DNA of 60,978 nucleotides, filler included, from Sphacelaria rigidula (Eukaryota), in assembly GCA_964200075.2 (NCBI GenBank). It is 8 parts of 8 records of this genome, joined end to end, with 100 filler letters (N's around TTAATTAATTAA, not from the genome) between each part and the next. Parts side by side here need not be neighbours in the genome. Positions count along the whole stretch, not along the records: positions 38,177 to 45,710 come from CAXNAA020014460.1; positions 45,811 to 53,344 come from CAXNAA020014461.1; 6 more parts are not named here. One strand, given 5' to 3'. How positions within the stretch are numbered: position 1 is the stretch's first letter; each line of letters opens with the position of its first letter. The notes under the pieces are model-generated. The model was not told the DNA's origin, made no database searches, and saw only the letters and a program-made list of their open reading frames with translations. Position numbers and translations under genes: made by a program. This document shows positions 38,077 through 50,166 of this stretch, piece by piece.

Positions 38077-39438
38077 NNNNNNNNNNNNNNNNNNNNNNNN
38101 NNNNNNNNNNNNNNNNNNNNTTAATTAATTAANNNNNNNNNNNNNNNNNNNNNNNNNNNNNNNNNNNNNNNNNNNNATACCCAACTACTTTCGTGTATCT
38201 ATTCCTGTGCTCAACTCGTGCTCTATGCCGCAGGGTTGCGGTGGTAGCTGATAATTAGTTGGATGGACTTTGCATCTTCCTGTGAACGGGTGTTATTTGG
38301 CGTGGTGGTCTGTAAGATAAGAGTCAAGTGCCGCTTCGTGCCTTTCGACTGTATGTTTTCGATCGTTTTTTTTTTTTCACTCGTTGCATTCTTCTCCGCG
38401 CGCCGCTAATTATAATTTTGAGTTGAAGCCTTCGTGGAACACAAATGCGGTGAACCTATCAGATAGGCAAAAAAAGACGATCGCACTTTTTCGATCGAAA
38501 ACAAAAGTGCTAAGACACGCCCTTAGTGGGGGTCCGGTCCCAAAAGCGTTAAAGTGGGGTCGACTGTAAACCAAGGTCCTGCAATCAGACCAATGCAGCG
38601 ATATAAACACAATGACGAAACTTCAAATCAATTACGATACTTGCCAACGATGCGCTACGCTGTACAGCACAACCGATCAATTTCTCCTTGAAAATAATTT
38701 TCTCGGAAAATTCCTGGTACTGCGTACAGTCAACAATAAAATATGTACGTACCATAATACCATGTTTTACTGCGCTACGTCAAGCATTCAGTAGTAAAAG
38801 GTGAGTAGTGACGTTCGTTGATGTCGCTGGGTCCGTACTCGATAATAGCGCTGTAGTTGTAGTGGCGTTCGTTCATCTTGTTCGGTTCGTTCGCGGCGGT
38901 GTTGTAGTATAGCTACTCGCCTCATTCCGTACTCTCACCCGATCGTGGTTGCCGCAGTGGTATGTTTTCGTGGTGTCGAAAATTCCAAACAGTGAAGTAC
39001 GCCTGATCGCACGGGCAAGTGTTCCGTTTCAAATGAAACGCAGGAAGTTCAAGTGTCATGATGGTGTAATGCGTCCTGTGCTGCTTCGAGAAGAACGATG
39101 TCACCGGTGGTGCTCGAGTGCTCTGAAGATGTGCTCCTGGATGCTGGCCTTTCGATAGTGGATACTTCCCTCGGGCTTGCTGGTGGAGTCGCTTGGGGTG
39201 GTTGCTTCTTGAAAAAGCAGGTGATGATTTTCGTTTGTTGTGCTGATTACCCTAGCTGATGATATTCTTTACCGCGTCTCCTGCGCTGGATTTTTCTGGG
39301 GTGTTGAATCGCCCCGCTTTTCTCGTAGGCAGGTGAGGTAGCTAGCCCTCGCTGCAGTACTGAAGGGCCTCCTTTCTTGATGTCAAGCACTTCTCTGATG
39401 TACCCTTTCTCCTCTCGTGTCTTTGTGACTTCGATATC

Positions 39439-39718
39439 TGTAGAGTAGTCCACCTCCAGTACACGTACGTGCAGGTTCATGATGATCTACAAGTGGAACA
39501 ATCTGCTGTAGGCGTTTTTTATTGGTTGACGGACTTGCGGGTCTGATCGGCAGACTATGTGGATTTGAACATCACATGCTTCACGCATGTGGTTACTTCC
39601 GATAACGAAGGCTGTGTGTTTATGAACAACAATTGCCTTGAAGTCTCCAGGCCCTAGTGAGGGAGGAAGCCCTTGGAGCTATCTTGTGACCTTGTTCTGA
39701 GTCCAGGAGGGCTCTATA
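39439..39718 (+). repeat. 5' LTR of element A
   Basis: TGTAGAG...CTCTATA; ~95% identical to 43711-43990. Confidence 0.9.
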
Positions 39719-42700
39719 ATAAACGTTTATTAAGAGGAACCCGCTGGTTTCTGGAAGAGGTTTTTCAGCTGTGAGCAGCTGCGGAGAAATTATCTAAAAC
39801 TTTGTACACAGGAGTGTACACTCTGTAACGTGAGGGAGCTCGCTGACAACGGAGAGACGGCTAGGTTGGCTGGAACTGTTGCGTGCAGCTATGGCAACGC
39901 GAAAGAAAGTGGGTGATGGCGATGCAGGTGAAGAGGTGAAGTTTAAGTTGACTGAGCTTATGCCTGCAGGATCGCTGAAAGCCCCAGAGTACGGACGGCA
40001 TTCTAGCGAAAATGCGTCCCGACGTTTTTATCAGAAACACGTCGAGTGTGAAGAGGCGGTCGAAATGAACAACAAAGGACGTAGCATGCAGGCCGTCTTA
40101 CTGACTGTTACTGAACTGGTGCCGAAGCACATCCGTGCGTGTTTGTCACGCGCGATTTTGACGGATCCGTGCTTGACAAAGATGATCTCAAGGAGGCACT
40201 AGGCCGACACGCGAAATTTTGGGAGGATGAAGAGATTGATTCTTCAGTTGCTGCTGCTGGTGTGCGGAAAGCGTTGGCGGCCCGCAACGAGCAGACTGCA
40301 ATGGGAAGAGTAGAAGGGCAGTGGGGTGCCCTGGAGGATTTTTTTGCGGAGAATACTAACGCTGAGCGTGCGTTCCGCGATGATGCAGATTTCAAACCAG
40401 GATCCGCTCAAATCATAACTCGGGAAATGTTGAATGGACTGACCTCCCCCCGAATTCAAAACTAAAGTCCTCAACATGTTGAACATGAAGGGAGGGTGGA
40501 AGGAGGACCCTGGGCTTATGTTCAACACGGCTCGGGAAGCAGCGGAGACATGAAAGACGGTGGACACGGCGGATAAGCAGCGCCGTCAGCAGCCGCAGCT
40601 GAAACAAAGGAGTGGTAGCGGGACTTCCGGAAGCAAGCGCCAACCAAATGGTGGAAAAACGGCGAGCAGTGGAAATGGGACTGCCAGTTTCGGGAAAACC
40701 CGCAAACCAGGCCCAAATTATGCAGGATGTTTCATATGTGGAAACAAGGGCCATTTCCGGAAGAATTGCAAGCAGCGAGGCCAGGCTGGATCTACACAAC
40801 GTAGTGACGGTGAGCAGACGAAGGCTGGCGACAAGCAGCAGCAACAACAGCAGCTGTCGCAGGGCCCTGCACAGGTGCCTCGCGGAGGGGGCACGAGTCC
40901 CGCTCCTACAAGGGCTGTCTTTTCAGCCGATGGACAAAGTGCTCCCAGCGGGGGGGCGACGGTGCCACCAGAACCGGTCGCTTCTACTGGTGGCGTGCAG
41001 CAGACCATCTCATCGCACTCGTTCCCGGATTCGAACTCTGCGGCGGTGCCAGCATGGAGGTCGCTCAAAGCGGGTGAGGTGTCAGGTTTTCAATCTGAGG
41101 GTCTGCAAGTAGATCACAAGGAAAGATGGTGTCTTGCCGACTTGTCTGCCCTGAGTGCAGGGGAAAAGGGTGTTTGTCCGGCCACGGCTATTTTAGATTC
41201 AGGATCTGGACTTACGACCATGTCAGCTGGTGTGGCGGCGAAATTGCAAGCCATGGTTCCAGATGTCCAAGTGGTGAGATCGATGACTGGTGAACCGCTG
41301 GTGAAATTGGCAAATGGCAATGTTGAGGCGTGAAGCAGAAATCTTGCCCTGTCCGCATCGCTTTACACACCAGCTGGGGACCGGTTATGCTGGACCCATG
41401 TTCATATGTGGTCATACCGGGTACAGATGATGTGATCATCATGGGGAGTCCTACGCTGAAGGCGCTAGGCATTGACGTGTACAGTAGCTAAGGTGCCTGT
41501 GCACGTGCAAGAAACACTTCGGTGCGAGGTGTGAACACGCCTGATTTTACGAACTGTCGGCGTGTCAGTACCGCGGTTGACGGTTTACAGCAACCAGGAG
41601 GTCGGGCGGAGCCCGTTTATTCCTCAGTCGAGCGGTTGTTGTCGAGGAGTCCGGCGATGAGCATATCCCCGAAACAAGAGCTTGCTGAGCTTGATGTTGC
41701 GCCGGAGGAGGCAGTACAAGCCGCCGCGGGTAAGGGCATATCGGATAGCGACGTGAGCCAAATTCGTGAGCCTGTACGGAACAGAGCGAGCATTTTTAGG
41801 CGAGTGCTGCATGGTTATCCGCCTGATCGCGTCGAGCCCTTGAAGGTGAAATTCAAACCTGCTGCTGTGGAGGTAAAGGCTCGGCCGAGGGCGTACTTTC
41901 CGGTCAGGATAGCGTGGTTGGCACGCTGCATCGCAACATCGGTGGCGCTCGGGCTCGTATACTGCAGTTTGCAGGTAGAGTGGGCTAGAGCGGCGATTGC
42001 AACGCCCGAGAAGTCCAGTTTCCGCTGAATGAATGCATACAAGGCGGGGGAGGGAGTTTCCCGTCACCACAAGGAGGTGGTGCATGGTGTTCGCCCAGGG
42101 AAGATTTTTCATTTCAATTTTCTCAGTGTTGGCGAGGGTAGTCCGCTGGGAGATAATGGCTCGGACAAAGGAGATCGGTTCAAGTACATATTGGTAAGGA
42201 TGGATGACCCGGGCGACTTCGTGTGGTTGGAGCCCGCGGAGTCTTGTACAGCGTCAACGACGGTGAAGCATCTGTTGACGTGGTGCAAAGCGCAGGGGCC
42301 GCAGGAGGGATGGGTCAGCGATACGGTATCGCAATAGGAGAATCGTGTGGTGAGAGTGCTCAAGAAGATGCTGATGGATCGCAGATTCGTGGTGGCCAAC
42401 TCGCAGGTATCACATCGTGAATATGAGTGAATGGTGCGTGACATTGTTCGTACCTTGAAGGTCACAATGCAGAGAGGAAGACGCGATGTCAACGCCTGGG
42501 TGGGTTTGGTACCTGCCGTGCAGTGGGCATTGCACACTGGTTTCCGGGACAGCTGTGAGAGCTGTAGCTGCATCCATGATGCGAGGAGCGACTGTTGGAG
42601 TGGAGATGCCACTGTACGGTGTGGACGAGATTGTAGCTGGAGAACTGCTGTTTTTCAGGAGGAGCGCAGGAGAATTACGAGGCAGGCATTGCCTGAGGTG

Positions 42701-43710
42701 CTCGATGTTGCGGTGAGCGCCGGATTGGGTGATGTTAAGAAGCGAGTACTAGTGGAATTGCTTGTTGAAAATGAGGAAGCACATTGTGACTTGTATACCT
42801 GAATCGTTTTGTGGACGATTGTAGGTGGTGGTGATGTGGTTCCTGGACTTGTCTGTAGTGTCGCGCTGGTTGGCACGCATGATACACGGTGGTTTCTGCA
42901 AAGAAGCTGCTGAGTGAAATATAAGCATGCAGCTGTGACTGATGTGCATGGTGTCTCATGAAGAGTCAGAGTGACGTAGTTTCCAATACACTGCTGTGTG
43001 CTGAATGAAATAAAGCTCGTATATCATTTTTCGCGCAAACATTCGGATCATCTTTGTGCGGTTTGCAGATACTGCCTGTAGGAGATGGTGATTGCTGCTG
43101 CTGGCGTGAAAATGAGCGGAAACTACGAGATGCGTAGGCTTGTATGTGAACAAGTATAACGGGAGTATTTCCAGAGGTTGACGATAAAAGAAATCGTACG
43201 CGAATACAGTGGTCTTTTACTTTGGTACATCTTTGAGTGTTTGGATAAGCGCATACATGGTGCTTCGCATCTGCAAAACGGAGAATGTGGATGGTGTGCC
43301 CATTTTTCTGGAAGAAGCACCGCCTATTTGTTCTGAGCTGCGTCAGTTGGAACTGAGTCAAAAGGTGCGGGCACGGTTGTAGGCAAAGTACGGTGTCAAG
43401 CTTGAGTGCATGGTATGATCGAATGCTACGGTTTGAAATGGTATTATCCTCGGCGCGTTTGCTTTGTGTGAGCATGTCACGACTGGAAATTGCCGTTGAA
43501 TGAATTATTGACTTCACTAAATTCAATTGAGACGCTGTGTTCAAGTGTCGTTGTTCAGCGTTTTGCGAATGATCATTTTCATTGTGAACATGACATAGCA
43601 TGGTCATGTGTCACCAACAGGCGGACGAAGGTAGCATGAACGTGTTTGTCGGTGTCTACTGTTTGTCAAACTCGCTTTCTACTTCGAGTAGTGCGGAGTT
43701 TTGGGGGTGC

Positions 43711-43990
43711 TGTAGAGTAGGTCACCTCCAGTACACGTACGAGCAGGTTCATGATGATATACAAGTGGAACAATCTGCTGTAGGCGTTTTCTATTGGTTG
43801 ACGGACTTGCGGGTCTGATCGGCAGACTATTTGGATTTGAACATTACATGCTTCACGCATGTGGTTACTTCCGATAACAAAGGCTGTGTGTTTATGAATA
43901 ACAACTGTCTTGAAGTCTCCAGGCCCTAGTGAGGGAGGAAGCCCTTGGAGCAATCTTGTGATCTTGTTCTGAGTCCAGGAGGGCTCTATA
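43711..43990 (+). repeat. 3' LTR of element A
   Basis: TGTAGAG...CTCTATA, preceded by GGGGGTGC at the PPT position. Confidence 0.9.
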
Positions 43991-45636
43991 GTACTCAGCA
44001 GCAGCCGCAGCAGCAGAACCAGCAGCATCAAGGGCAGCGGCGTCAGTATGAGCCTGGCTCTGGGTCCGACGCCGCCGTAGGTGCTGCTGCTCCGTAACGG
44101 GCGGTGCAGGTGGGACCGACTTCTGCAGAGTCGAACACTGCGCCGGCGCCGGTGGTGGCGCCGGTGGCGACACCGGCAGCAGCGCCAGGCGCGACGCCTG
44201 TTGAAGCGCTGGTCGGAAGTTCGCCAAATTCTTGGCCTGCTGGCTGGGAGGCGTACCCGCCGGCGGTGCCACTTGAAGCCGCCGGGGTGTCTTCGCCTGC
44301 GCAGCTTGCGCAGCCGTGGCGTCAAGTGGGACTAGCGGCGCATCTGTCAGCGGAAGAAGTGCCAGTGGAGCTTGCCGACAGATACATTCCGGCGGAGTTG
44401 TGTCTTCCGAATCCACGGCAGCGTGGAGCCATCGTGGTCCGGTCTGTGTTGGATCATCGCGCCCATTTCACTAGTCTGCCGGTGCAGATGGTTGAGATGC
44501 TGGAGCATCTTCTCCCGGGTGTGCCGCTGCGTATCCCGTTTCCGCTCGGGGCGCGGCAGGCAGTCACCACGTCGGGTCAGCATGTTTCCGTCACGGAGCG
44601 CACTGTTCCACTGCAGCTGGCTTTCAAGACTGCTTGGGGGCCGGCGCCGTTGCCTCCGATCTTGTTTGCGATTATCCCAAGGTCGGATGGCGTTGTTCTT
44701 CTGGGGCTGCAGACGCTACAGGATCTTGGAGTCGATCCGTATGAGCGGTTCGAGGACTCCATCAAGACGCGGGTGTCTCCGCCTGGTCCGCACGTGGAGA
44801 CGGCCGCCTTTTTGGGCAGTCGTCGCGTGAGCTTGTCGGTGAATGCGTTTCGGGAGACTGGGAGGCAGGTGACCGAAGAATGGGATGCGGCGATGGAACG
44901 CTTAATAGAGCGCGGCCCGGATATGTTCATGGACCGGGCGGGAAAGGAGTCCACTCAGAAGGTCGCGCTGGAGGAGAGCGTGACGGATGTTATGGCGAAA
45001 GGCCCTAGCGTTTCAAAAGCGGAGCGCCTGCGCGGGATATGGCATCGCCGCGTCAACGCGTTTCGTCGTGCGCTGCGGGATGATCCCCCTACGCACGTGG
45101 AGCCCATACGTGTTTAGCTAAAACCTGGGGCGTCCGCGGTGAAGGCGAAGCCGCGGCGGTACTATCCGGTGAAGTCGAGCTGGTTGGCGTTGTGCATGGC
45201 GGCGGTTTTGGCGCCCGGGTTGGTAGTTCGGAACCTGCAGGCAGGATGGTCCAGTCCAGATATGACGTTTCCAAAGAAGGCTCCATCGTGGACGGAGGGC
45301 AGGCTGCAGGTGTGGGCGGTAGCGAAGGATCTGTTGGCTCATGCCGTCACGCTGCTCCATACTCGTCCTGGTTGTCAGGTGTCAGTGTTTCCGGATGTAT
45401 ATGAGTGTCATTGGGGTAGTTTGGTCATGCAGGTGCCTACAGTTGAAATTCAAATGCCTGTGCGTGCTGTGGCTGTGTATGGTCCATGTGAACCTGATGA
45501 TTCGATGCTCTCCAAATCTTTTGTCCGCCAAGCGCAACGGAAAAACCTTGGGGCCGAAGATGCGGATGTGCAACCTTTCGAGTCGGACGTTGGTACTGCC
45601 ATCTTGGATAATGAAGGTATGTTCCGCGTGCATGTG
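43991..45636 (+). mobile_element. Ty3/Gypsy element B fragment (gag end, protease, deleted RT/RNase H); same family as C
   Basis: Colinear with the minus-strand copy 57185-58860: VQVGPTS, YIPAEL, protease site VLDHRAH (DSGAH in C), VKAKPRRYYP, WSSPDMTFPKK, VSVFPDVYECHWG. Confidence 0.88.
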
Positions 45637-48026
45637 ACACTTTCTACGATAGCCCCCCCCCCAAAACCAGCTAAAAGTGTCACGAAAACAATGGCCATGC
45701 AGCGCATGATNNNNNNNNNNNNNNNNNNNNNNNNNNNNNNNNNNNNNNNNNNNNTTAATTAATTAANNNNNNNNNNNNNNNNNNNNNNNNNNNNNNNNNN
45801 NNNNNNNNNNCCCCCCCCCCCCCCAACTAACCGGAAGACTTTTTCATTCTCCCACCCCACCCCCCCCCCCGCCCCCCCCCCCTCCCCTCCATATGTGAAA
45901 TGCGAGGTTCATTCACCATTCAAAACACGCACACGCAGACACACATCTATCGAAAGGACACGCAGGGTACACAAAATATAAGACCAGTAAGTAGTATCGA
46001 AAACAACAACTACATAAGATACAAAATGAACACAGGAGGGGGGAGGGGGAGGAAGGGGGGGGAGAGGAGAGGGGAGGGTCATTTCCCACATCAATGCAGT
46101 CCACCAAAAAACATGGTCACATCACAGTCGACTCCATGGTACATCATCATCGAGGCTGCACAGTCCCCAGTATATTACTGCTACTGCCACTACTACGCGA
46201 TCATACATGCAAAATTGTGACCGAAACCACCTCTCCATGGCACACACCACACCAAACCACACCTCACAAACATAATACATACACACACACAAGGTCTTCA
46301 CCCGACATGTCAGTATGACATTCCGTCACGTAAATGTGCGCATATGTGTAAATATATACGATATCATCGGGTAAGCCTTCTCTCTGTTTTTTCTTCTCTG
46401 TCGAAAATTCGATCCAAGAAACAACAAACCGGAGCCGCCGCTTTCTTCCCTCCGTCCTTCCTGTCTGCCGTCACGAGTGACCAGCTGTGCTGCAAAACCA
46501 TACTTACTTTCGTTCATCTTTTGAAACGCACACCTCCCCTCCCACCCCGGAGTGCCCCGTCTCGAGATGAAGGCGTGGTCAATGGGCAAACGACTAAGGC
46601 AAGCAACAAATGAGTACGCCTCCCTCCCCCCCTCCCACCGGAAATAGGGTACGGTTCGGACGAATCATCGCCAGTTCGAATCACCAAATCCGCGGTATTT
46701 CAGGCTTGATTCCTTGAAAGAGAGGAAAAAGTCGATCGCAGGTGAAAAAGGTCTCCACGCAAATTTTGCGTCATTCCACGCCCCTGGGCCGCGCGTACCT
46801 GGGTTGCAACGCTGAAAACAAAGCCCAAGGATTGATTCGTACGGTACGAATCAACCTCACTAAAATCAATTAATTTCCAGACAAATCGTCAATTCATCCG
46901 ACCCTTGAAATAGAGCAACACATAAAACGCGTGTCATATATTTCGGATTCAAACGGTCCTTCCAGGAACAGGAATGGGCCTGACACGCACACCGAACACT
47001 AACAAAAAGGTTTCCCCCATGTCTATGCTGTCAAGTCAAGCGCCTAGAATTTGCACTTGCGCCCTTTGCCTTCCTTACCGCTCCCAAGATCCAACGCTGC
47101 AGGCGGTTGGCTAACGGTAGAGAACGAACTCTATTTCCTCCTCCTATATACCCCACAACAGAAAGTACGCAGGCGAGAGATACCCCTCCCTCCTGCAGTA
47201 CATGTAGCTATATCTAGCGTCGTAATCGGTGTGTTGAGAAAGTATGACGTTCACTAAATATCAAATGGGCTTCCAGCTCGCGCACACATCTTTTTTACTC
47301 GATGGGGGAAAAAAACAGCGGGAAACTGACTCGAAACGTTGTACTAGTACCACCACTACCTCGACTACGACCAGACCTGTCTCATCATCTCTGCTGGAGC
47401 ATGACACTCTCAAACACCACCACAACAACTGCATCTACGACGAAGCACGAGGGAAGAACACGCACACATGTACACTAATACCCACACCCACACACTCGAA
47501 GAAACAGACAGGAACGGAAAATAAAAAGCAAAAGCAGAAGCAAAAGCGAAAGCAAAACAGAGGAAGATAAGCAAAGTAAAAACAAGGCAAAACGCACCGC
47601 TTGCAAGGCGGAGAAAAGACAAAACAAAACAAAACAAAACAAAACAAAAAAACAGGAGAGAAGCGGGACAACATCAACACAATAAAAGGAGTGCCGCACT
47701 ACGATGGGACCTCACACGCCACATGTCCCGCATCGGCGCACGCTCAACAATCACGGCTGAACCATGACCGCGATAAGCGGCGAGTAACTTTCCCCCCCTA
47801 CGGCATACGAGATCGTGAACACCCCCCCCTCCGCTTCTCCCTCCTGGCCGCCCTCAAAGGTCAATGGTCTTATGACTACAGCACGCAAGATCATGACCAC
47901 ACCCCCTCCCCCCCTCCCCCCCTCTGCCTCCCTCCCGCTTGTGTGGGGCAACCCGTTTAAACCAGCGGGAAAAGACGCAAACTTTTTCAACCGTAGAACC
48001 GCCAAATAAGAAAAATACTTGGCATG

Positions 48027-48218
48027 AAAAAAAAAAAAAGCTACCGATACCTGTCCCCAATCGATCGTGCCACAGGCATCCATCGCAGCCGTCCCCAACC
48101 CTCCAACGGGCGAACAAAAAACACCCTACCAACAAAAAAAAAAAAAAGCTACCGATACCTGTCCCCAATCGATCGTGCCACAGGCATCGATCGCAGCAGT
48201 TCCCGACCCTCCAGCGGG
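48027..48218 (+). repeat. Two tandem ~108-bp units, each starting with an A-run
   Basis: A(n)GCTACCGATACCTGTCCCCAATCGATCGTGCCACAGGCATC.ATCGCAGC... x2. Confidence 0.9.
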
Positions 48219-49102
48219 TGATCTAACACCCGCCTTCCCACAAAATATCACAAGACTCAAAAATAGAAACCACAATGAAGCGAATAAAAAAAAAGTCAAA
48301 CAACGACAACGGATAATGAGGCTTTTTTTCTTCATTTTTTCTAGCAGTTTTTTTTCCCAACCCACGTTCATCGGCAGCGTCACGGAAAACACACGACGGG
48401 AACGACAAAACGTGTCTCCTTGCACGAACAAAAGAAAAAAATATATATATATATATTTACTTGGGGGAAAACACCTACTCCTTCTCCCCTCCTCTCGCTG
48501 CACCACTGTCGTTTTTTTGGGATATAACAATGGGGAAAATACCGCCTCAAATTAACTAAGCCGCCTAGAAGACCGCGATTTTTTCTGGTTGCTCCGAATC
48601 TGGAGGGCACGTTGAAGGAACTGTTGAGCCTCAGCCGGCCTGAGTTATCATGAGATCGAGAGCGAGCGGTAACGGGGTAGGGAATAGGTGGGGATTTTCA
48701 TTCTCCATGTTGGCGCTTCAGTCGTCCTCTTGCTCCTTTGTACAACTTCCTCGCCATGTGGCATTCATCACAATCTTCAATGCAGATTTCTTCCGTATAT
48801 CGTGTGGGCAATAACTACGATTGGATATTTCGCGAGTCAGTTGGTACTCAAATCATCACTCAAAAAAAATATATATATATAGGAGCGCGACCTTTCATTT
48901 TTTTTTCAGACAAAAACATGAGAAAAAAGAGAGTCCAGCAGCTCAGTGCACAACGTTTCGACACGCCTACACACACACGCACATTTTTTTGTCGCACAAA
49001 CTCTACCGTGAATTCGCCTCGCCCCCCTCCCCCCAGCAATGAAAAGTGGAACCCATTAAGCGACGGATTGTGGACTATACAGGGATGAAAGGGATTTGTG
49101 TC

Positions 49103-49537
49103 AGAAACACGAGATTTTACAAATTGGGAGTGAATATTGTATTGAGGATGAAAACCCGGAGAATTAAAACCTTCGTATCCACACCAAATCTTCGAAGTAT
49201 GCTTCCATTTCTTCACTTGCTGGTAGCTTTTGACAACTACTAGACGCCATACAAATTTGGATTTCGATAACCGAAATGTCGGGGTCCTAGGTGAAAAAAC
49301 TTTTTTGGGTTCGATCGGATCACCTAAATACCCCAAAATTCGTTCTTCACCTGGGACCCCGACATTTCGATTATCGAAATCAAAATAAGTATGGCATGCA
49401 GTAGTTGTCAATAGCTACCAGCAAGTAAAGAAATGGAACAATATTTCGAAGATTTGGTGAGGGTACGAAGATTTTGTTTCTCCGGGTTCTCATCCCCAAG
49501 ACATAATCCATCCACAATTAGTGAAATCCCGTGTTCA
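49103..49537. mobile_element. ~435-bp imperfect palindrome (foldback element)
   Basis: Arms pair along ~200 bp, e.g. GATTTCGATAACCGAAATGTCGGGGTCCTAGGTGAA with TTCACCTGGGACCCCGACATTTCGATTATCGAAATC, and CTTGCTGGTAGCTTTTGACAACTACT with AGTAGTTGTCAATAGCTACCAGCAAG. Confidence 0.88.
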
Positions 49538-49985
49538 GAAGGGGAAATGTGGGTAGTAAATGAGGTGACATGAAAATCGTACGGTACATCAGACAGTAGC
49601 GAGAAAGCCATCGCTTTATGAGGGGATGGATGATGGTATTTTGAAGGCGAATCAGGAAGGGGATAAGGCATGTAAAAAGGTCCCTGTGTAACGTACGGAA
49701 GAAACGTAATGAGCGTCCAAATGTTGGAGGTGCTTCTATTACGGCTAGGAACGGCACCCGGTCTAGAAAGGGGTACTGGTGGATTGTCTTATGACTACGG
49801 CATGCATGATCATGAGTACACCTCCCACCCCCCCCCGTACGGTTGTTTCATTATTCTCACACCCTCACACCTACGCTGAAGTAAGGGCGGGAAGTACTAC
49901 GAAGTATTAATATTCATGTTGCTTGATGGACAAAAGTGAGTATATGCAGCAAAGTGGTGCTATGGTAGGATTGCAAGGGCAGGTC

Positions 49986-50166
49986 GAGTAGAGTATACTC
50001 AATTGCGGGGTATTTTAAAAGTCGTACTTGAAGTGCACAAATTGGGGGTAGGGTTTTAGGGATTGCTCTCCAATTATTTCTTGGGTACGATTTTCAACAC
50101 TGTACCCGAATTCGAGTACCTCAAGTGCGTCTTTCGAAATACCCCCCAATTGGATATACTCTACTC
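49986..50166. mobile_element. MITE with ~50-bp TIRs, GAG...CTC termini and near-TSD GGTC/GATC
   Basis: GAGTAGAGTATACTCAATTGCGGGGTATTT pairs with AAATACCCCCCAATTGGATATACTCTACTC. Confidence 0.8.

Larger units (their letters stand above)
39439..43990 (+). mobile_element. Ty3/Gypsy LTR retrotransposon A, non-autonomous (gag, protease and integrase remnants; RT/RNase H deleted)
   Basis: 280-bp LTRs at 39439-39718 and 43711-43990 with 13 mismatches by hand count. Gag from ~39891, zinc knuckle CFICGNKGHFRKNC, protease AILDSGSG, pre-RT KARPRAYFP, integrase FHFNFL...YILVRMDD...WVSD and VPAVQWALHT. Confidence 0.92.
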
